Made by a program: the position numbers and the translations under genes. DNA of 63,669 nucleotides, filler included, from Lenisia limosa (lineage: Eukaryota > Protista > Breviatea), in NCBI GenBank assembly GCA_001655205.1. It is 14 parts of 14 records of this genome, joined end to end, with 100 filler letters (N's around TTAATTAATTAA, not from the genome) between each part and the next. Parts side by side here need not be neighbours in the genome. Positions count along the whole stretch, not along the records: positions 56,807 to 59,195 come from LPNZ01009330.1; positions 59,296 to 61,321 come from LPNZ01003045.1; positions 61,422 to 63,669 come from LPNZ01007117.1; 11 more parts are not named here. One strand, 5' to 3'. The notes under the pieces are model-generated. The model did not search any database, had not been told where the DNA came from, and saw only the letters and a list, made by a program, of their open reading frames with translations. Below, in pieces: positions 57,573 through 63,669 of the stretch (position 1 is the stretch's first letter; each line of letters opens with the position of its first letter).

Positions 57573-58909
57573 CTATGGCACTCTTCGACCCGTCTCTTTC
57601 CTCGTTCGATGTTTCATCCGTTGAAGGTTGGTATCCTTTTGAAAGCAGGGTGTCAAATGTGGCTTCACCCTTAGGTTCGAAATAACAGACTTAATTTTTC
57701 TATAATCTTCGAAAACTATCGACAGTTTACTGGTCTTTTTCGGACCGAGGTGAAGTACTAGAGGCACTAAACTAAAAAAATTCAGGTCTAATGCTTCTGT
57801 CTACCCCTCACGGGCGAACCCGTCTCAGACGAGGGTGTCAGGTGGGCGGGTCATTTATTTTTGGTTGGTTGTTATCTATATTATATATTATCATAAACTG
57901 CTGTACTTTTCCTTGATGGTTGGTTTGTTTTCTGACTCTTCATTGCTGGTTGATTTGTTTTCATCGGGGGATGTTTTCTATATCATATTGTACATACTAC
58001 TTTTCATACCCTTTTACAGTTACATATTTCGCTCTGTAATCCCGTAGCTTCAAATCGCACACAAGGACAGTCTGATAGTAGCCATGCGGCACAATCAATT
58101 GCTTCTCGACGATCATCTTCGCGTACACACCGCCTCCAAGCAGCCTTCTTCCACGTGGGCTGTCTTATATACTGTAAATATTATTACTACTACATAGTAA
58201 TATTCAGTGACCGGGATAAGTCTTGACCGATTTGCTATGTTATTCCTAAGGAATATCGGTCAAGACTTATTCCCAGTGCTGTATGTGTGAACGCACGAAA
58301 CAGTCCTCATCTCTTAGTACTGAGAAGCCATCGTCAACAACAGCTCGATTTGCCGCTCTTGCAAGGCTATCTGCGTCGTTTGTCAGTTTAAGGTTGGCGT
58401 GTACTGTGGTCAAATTTGCTTATGTTTCATTAATTGGAATATCACTAGTACGTTTGGGTGATCAAGCGGTGGTAAGACTCTTCAAAGGATGGCTCTTTCT
58501 TTTTGTGTTTTTGTAATATGGTTTAGTCTAGTTTAAGAGCTGGTTGCCCGTGTTTGATTGCTTGGTTTTTTTGTTTGGAGTTTCAGATTACTTCGTTCGT
58601 GATATACCTTTAAGTCGGTATTCTCAGCGGAATTTCCTTCGCTTAACCCCCGATGAGGTGCGGTGCTGCAGAAGCGAGTTGCCTGGGCTTTGTTTGTTTT
58701 ATTGTTATCAACCCTCGTGTTTTGTCTGCCAACAGAGTTGATTTGGGCTTTTATTTTTTGTTTTTTTTTGTTCATAAATGTTCTTCGCTTTACCCCCATA
58801 TAGCCAAATCAAGGCCCCCCTGCGCACTTCTGCTCTAGCTACTTATACTGAAAAATCCGCTCAGACCCTGAAGAGAACTGGGCAGGAGGGAGCAAGAATC
58901 GTCCTGGAG
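57573..58909 (+). CDS. Internal exons of an unidentified gene
   Basis: Exon TEKPSSTTARFAALARLSASFVSL splices in phase to QIKAPLRTSALATYTEKSAQTLKRTGQEGARIVLE (58804-58909). Confidence 0.45.
58205..58278. mobile_element. MITE family C copy
   Basis: CAGTGACCGGGATAAGTCTTGACC ... GGTCAAGACTTATTCCCAGTG. Confidence 0.82.
58570..58803 (+). repeat. Family E followed by module D, ending at the acceptor
   Basis: TTGTTTGGAGTTTCAGATTACTTCGTTCGTGATATACCTTT..., then GGTGCTGCAGAAGCGAGTTGCCTGGGCTTTG...ATCAACCCTCGTGTTTTGTCTGCCAACAGAGTTGATTTGGGC...TTTACCCCCATATAG. Confidence 0.82.
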
Positions 58910-59195
58910 GTATGTTGGACGAATAATTGGAGTTGCAAGAACAATGATTGGGAGTTACAAGAAGGATTGGGTGAATTAATATTAATATATTCCGTAGGTA
59001 GAAAGCTCCCACATATTTTTAAGAATTGGGCGACTTGGGCTAATGAATATTAAACTAGAATCCAATACCGCAGCGTTATGGTATGGACGGCTAATGCCAG
59101 ATACAACATTGTTTTATTTCTTATCTCTATTTATCATAGTACTATACATGTATCATATACCAGTAATATAATATAGCTATAGGTTGGTGTTGGAA

Positions 59196-59295
59196 NNNNN
59201 NNNNNNNNNNNNNNNNNNNNNNNNNNNNNNNNNNNNNNNTTAATTAATTAANNNNNNNNNNNNNNNNNNNNNNNNNNNNNNNNNNNNNNNNNNNN
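59196..59295. other. Artificial scaffold spacer
   Basis: 44N-TTAATTAATTAA-44N. Confidence 0.98.
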
Positions 59296-59375
59296 CGTGG
59301 GGGTGGGCACCACAAGATACATCCTTATCGTGGGGGTGGGCACCACAAGATAACATCCTTATCGTGGGGGTGGGG
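59296..59375 (+). repeat. ~33-bp tandem repeat x2.5
   Basis: CGTGGGGGTGGGCACCACAAGATA(A)CATCCTTAT units. Confidence 0.85.
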
Positions 59376-59387
59376 TGTAATATCACA

Positions 59388-59570
59388 TTGGGCTTCTCTA
59401 CTCTGATATCATATCTGATTTGGGCTTCTCTACTCTGATATCATATCTGATTTGGGCTTCTCTACTCTGATATCATATATGATTTGGGCTTCTCTACGGT
59501 CCGAAAAAAGACTGAATTTCTCGATAAATTCTCGAAAATATCAATATTTTGATGGTCTTTTTCGGACTGT
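59388..59570 (+). repeat. 32-bp tandem repeat x3 running into a family A' MITE
   Basis: TTGGGCTTCTCTACTCTGATATCATATCTGAT x3, then TTGGGCTTCTCTACGGTCCGAAAAAAGACTG... Confidence 0.85.
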
Positions 59571-59772
59571 ATTCTTCGATAATTTCTGCTATTTGAGACA
59601 TCTTTTCCATTTGAAACTCTGATTTTATGGGGGGGGGGGGACCAGAANNNNNNNNNNNNNNNNNNNNNNNNNNNNNNNNNNNNNNNNNNNNNNNNNNNNN
59701 NNNNNNNNNNNNNNNNNNNNNNNNNNNNNNNNNNNNNNNNNGTGATATGGTCCTTTTCTCTCACGTTTGCAG

Positions 59773-61242
59773 TCTGAGCCCCAGGAGTTGAAGACGGAGA
59801 AAGACTCGTTCTTCAACTACGATGACGAAGACTCTTCCGACGAGTCGCCTGATGATAGTCTTCCAAGCTCCCTCCCAACTATGTTCACTCAGAGGCGGCT
59901 GGCTCAGAACTTCTGTTGGGGGGTGGGGGTGGGTATTGCTGCTGAACCACATTAAACACAGTCCACCCATCAATCGAAGGAACGCCATTACTCCCTTTCA
60001 GCTTGCTTTTTTTTTCTTTGTAGAACTGTTTTATCCTGCCCTTTTTCAAATTTCTTTGTGTATCGGTTCTTGTGTTTGTTCACTTTTCACTAATTCTGTT
60101 TTTGTCTTTTGTGGATATTATTCTGTGCTATGAAATTGTATTGCCCTCTGGGAGAGTTTCAACGATACGATAATACCCTTTGCTGCAAATAAATGTGGGG
60201 TGACTTGTCCCAACCTTCACTACTGCTCATCGACTTGGAATTCCCTTATATTATATAAGAATTCCAACGTTTTCACAAGAATCCTAAGTCGATGTGCCGT
60301 AGTGTTGTAACATCTATTACTCTCTTTCAGTGGCTGGGATGAAGACGCCGCATTTGACCAACCCCTCCCTGCCGTCAAGGTATGTGGTGGAGCTTTAAAA
60401 AATGTACCTTTGTAAAATGTATCCCCATACTGATTGAATCAATTATTTTACATTGTCATTTAATAAGCAAGATGCTCACGGTTCAATTTTTAGTTATACG
60501 TCGGATGATGACGCGATGCATGACAGAAAAGGTTCGCGTACTACTGAAGAAACAAGAATCTACACACACATGCCCAGCCAAGCTTATCTTCATTTAGTTT
60601 CTTAAATTAATAACCAACAGAGTTGATTTCGTCCGGGGTTATTTTTTTGTTTATTATCCCCATTTTCCTTAGGCAAACTGCACCTCTCACCGGTGGTGAC
60701 CGTCACTATAACGTCCGAGAGCAAAAAGCTGGCTAGTGGGCAATTGAGCAGGTAGGCTAGTGGCAATGGAGAGATGAAGGAATCGTGGAACCCAATTCCC
60801 TTGAGTGCACATTGTCACCCCTTCAGGTCCTACCAATACGGAGGAAATATCATGGATGCGTGCGAGCATAACCACAAAGTAGCTAATGAAAATGACGTGA
60901 GTGGCTTTCGGCTCTTCGGATCTCTAAGATCCTGCAATAAAAAAAAACTCTTCTGAGGCCTGTGTGGAAGAGGGCTAATTTGTCTTATCAAATAGGCTCC
61001 ATAAAGCCATACGTCTGTTTTTTATTTGGTTGAAATTGCAACCTCCCCGACTGGCCTGGGCGTTGTTTTTTTTGTTGTTTTCAACCCTCGTGTGTTGTTA
61101 ACCAACTTAGTTGATTTTGGGCTTCTTCTTCTTTTTTTTCCATAATTTTTTCCGTTTTACTCTCCCCCTCATCCAGTTGACAAACCACGGACATTGTTGG
61201 AAGCTTCTCTCCATCATGGCTGATGACTTCAATCGCGAGGAG
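59773..61242 (+). CDS. Internal exons of an unidentified gene
   Basis: SEPQELKTEKDSFFNYDDEDSSDESPDD...RRLAQNF with a GTTGGGGG donor; QTAPLTGGDRHYNVREQKAG; LTNHGHCWKLLSIMADDFNREE. Confidence 0.4.
61045..61176 (+). repeat. Intron 3'-end module D copy
   Basis: CGACTGGCCTGGGCGTTG...TCAACCCTCGTGTGTTGTTAACCAACTTAGTTGATTTTGGGCTTC...TTTTACTCTCCCCCTCATCCAG. Confidence 0.82.
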
Positions 61243-61321
61243 GTGGAGGTAGTCTGTATACATTTGAAGACAAGCTTAATTCTTTCTAATTATATTAGAA
61301 GACAGGCTTTTTTAAAATTAT

Positions 61322-61421
61322 NNNNNNNNNNNNNNNNNNNNNNNNNNNNNNNNNNNNNNNNNNNNTTAATTAATTAANNNNNNNNNNNNNNNNNNNNNNN
61401 NNNNNNNNNNNNNNNNNNNNN
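61322..61421. other. Artificial scaffold spacer
   Basis: 44N-TTAATTAATTAA-44N. Confidence 0.98.
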
Positions 61422-62189
61422 TTATACTCAAGACAGCCTAGGGTGATGGTGGACGGCTTCGGCCGATACAACTAGTTTTTTTTACGCCTATGAAGGATTG
61501 CACTTCAAAAACACTTCAATACACCATGTTTGAGAAATGCAGTAAAACCCCGATTTATCTTAACATGGGGTGTAGATTGCAGCCTGTGACTGGAAGGGCA
61601 ACGTCCGTATCTTCAACCACACCGACTCCAAAAACATCCAGACTTATGGTGGGTGTTATACAATATATAATATACAATAGAATGGTGAACTCTCTTTTGC
61701 TGTTTTATTTCACAAGTTTTGTTTAAACGAGACATTTTGCTTTTGTTTTTCTAAATCATACTTTATTTTACCAGACAGTTGGCTTATATATACAACTATA
61801 TATATATTGTATTACCCGGTTCTCACTCGGCAGCGGACGAGGACGCNNNNNNNNNNNNNNNNNNNNNNNNNNNNNNNNNNNNNNNNNNNNNNNNNNNNNN
61901 NNNNNNNNNNNNNNNNNNNNNNNNNNNNNNNNNNNNNNNNNNNNNNNNNNNNNNNNNNNNNNNNNNNNNNNNNNNNNNNNNNNNNNNNNNNNNNNNNNNN
62001 NNNNNNNNNNNNNNNNNNNNNNNNNNNNNNNNNNNNNNNNNNNNNNNNNNNNNNNNNNNNNNNNNNNNNNNACATGATATTAGTATATGATATTTTTTTC
62101 GAATGACTTCAGTTTATTCCCTTCTTTCTGCTCACAATTATATAGCAATGAGAAATACAAAATAAGGTTATCTGGCCAATGCTCGCATT

Positions 62190-62282
62190 ATACTTCGGTC
62201 CGAAAAAGACCGTCAAAATATGGGTATTTATCGAGAATTTTCGAGATATTCGGTCTTTTTTGGGACCGTAGGGAATCCCTAA
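62190..62282. mobile_element. MITE family A hybrid copy (A-type left, A'-type right), abutting a family B fragment
   Basis: TACTTCGGTCCGAAAAAGACCG ... TTTTTTGGGACCGTAGGGAATCCCTA. Confidence 0.78.
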
Positions 62283-62325
62283 GTATACCACACACACACA
62301 CCTCTCTCACCTTACTCCTCCGCAG

Positions 62326-63158
62326 AACAACTCTTTTGCTGTGGTTATGAGCACGCACAGCAAGTGCATGGTAACGAGTGAGAAGACAGGGTCTCGTTTC
62401 AACATCGCTTCCTTGCCTCCCAGTGACAACCCTCTCAACCCTGCTCCGGGGGTCACCCTCTTTGGTTGGAGGATGTTTGTTCACTTGTTGTTTCATCTCC
62501 ACCCCACCGTCACGTATTTACGTTTTTGTGTGTTCATAAGTTCCTTTCTCACCCTTTTGTTTGGCCACCAACAGAGTTGATATGGGCTTATTTGTTTCTA
62601 ATAAATTTCCAATTTTACTCCCCCCCCCCCCCCCNNNNNNNNNNNNNNNNNNNNNNNNNNNNNNNNNNNNNNNNNNNNNNNNNNNNNNNNNNNNNNNNNN
62701 NNNNNNNNNNNNNNNNNNNNNNNNNNNNNNNNNNNGCAAGTGCACCAAAATCGCGGTATCGCGCGCCAATGGCAACATCCCCTACAGTGGCGAGTTGAGA
62801 GCAGCCTTCCGTCCTCCCTTCGCGGTCGAGCCTCTTTCCACTATTATCAACGTGGGGGTGGTGTATGTTCTGGTTTTGTCAATAATCTGTTAACTACCAT
62901 ATGTGCTAAGAGAGGTAAATGATTGGGTGAGTTAATATTATAATATTAAAATTTTTCATGTTTCATCGAAACTTCCTTTGATTTACCTCCCTCCCCCCAG
63001 GCGCCCGAGGACAGTGATACGGTGGTAGTAGGCACGCGATACGGCCAACGCATCACCATGACGCTGAGGGACGTGGATTGCGGCGTCATTGAGGATCTCT
63101 ATGTATCTGACGAGGATGAGAGCGATGACGATGCAGCTATGAATGAAAGCGTCTTTAA
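62326..63158 (+). CDS. Internal exons of an unidentified gene
   Basis: Three exons NNSFAVVMSTHSKC...GVTLF / KCTKIAVSRANG...LSTIIN / APEDSDTVVVGTRYGQRITMTLRDVDCG...NESVF with clear acceptors and G-rich donors. Confidence 0.45.
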
Positions 63159-63669
63159 GTGGGGGGAGGGGGAAGCAGAAACGACTGGTCTGAGCTTTGT
63201 TTGTTTTGTTGNNNNNNNNNNNNNNNNNNNNNNNNNNNNNNNNNNNNNNNNNNNNNNNNNNNNNNNNNNNNNNNNNNNNNNNNNNNNNNNNNNNNNNNNN
63301 NNNNNNNNNNNNNNNNNNNNNNNNNNNNNNNNNNNNNNNNNNNNNNNNNNNNNNNNNNNNNNNNNNNNNNNNNNNNNNNNNNNNNNNNNNNNNNNNNNNN
63401 NNNNNNNNNNNNNNNNNNNNNNNNNNNNTCCCTCCCCTCCGTGAGTCTCGACTCCAAGGGCATCGTATGCGGGGTTCTGGCTCTTGTTTTGGACTTCTTG
63501 TTGTTGTTGATGATGATGATGTTCTTCTTCCTACTTCAAAAGTAACACTCTGAATACAAGTCTTACTACAAACGTACCAGATTGAAAGATAGTCCTACTC
63601 TGAAGATTGTGTTTCACACTACACTCTTCCCCCCGATGGGATGCAGTACTGCAGAAGCGGCTGGCCTGG

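Noticed and set aside
58590-58657. Apparent exon DYFVRDIPLSRYSQRNFLRLTPDE with a GTGCGG donor, which would make module D a complete 146-nt intron
   Set aside because: The segment is repeat family E and breaks phase; the flanking exons join in phase without it. D is thus the 3' part of a longer intron here.

Overview
Eukaryotic nuclear DNA from a fragmented draft assembly, not a prokaryotic replicon. Thirteen identical 100-nt spacers (44 N + TTAATTAATTAA + 44 N) join 14 unrelated scaffolds: 1-5766, 5867-15541, 15642-19729, 19830-23264, 23365-25364, 25465-34097, 34198-38136, 38237-40879, 40980-43088, 43189-54492, 54593-56706, 56807-59195, 59296-61321, 61422-63669. Gene order across spacers therefore means nothing. 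Genes use the standard code and are split by many GT-AG introns, so most of the ORF track is noise; I rebuilt the exon chains by hand. Recognisable genes: USP7-like deubiquitinase, taspase-1-like protease, SNF1/AMPK alpha (5' part), an NAD-dependent epimerase tail, a Ras GTPase, EFTUD2/SNU114 (3' part), complete CK2 beta, two head-to-head cysteine-rich surface-protein paralogues, UTP10/HEATR1 (5' part) and a Deltex-like RING E3. The longer introns are packed with at least seven families of short repeats. The most unusual signals are: (i) a hairpin-bearing module that repeatedly forms the 3' end of unrelated introns in sense orientation; (ii) reverse-complementary G-run/C-run intron termini; (iii) a near-identical C-terminus + 3'UTR cassette on two otherwise highly divergent surface-protein genes; (iv) a ~3.6 kb patchwork of shuffled, re-used modules. 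The organism cannot be named from the sequence; an intron-rich protist is my inference. Repeat coordinates are approximate to a few nt. Family assignments are from remembered motifs, not database searches.
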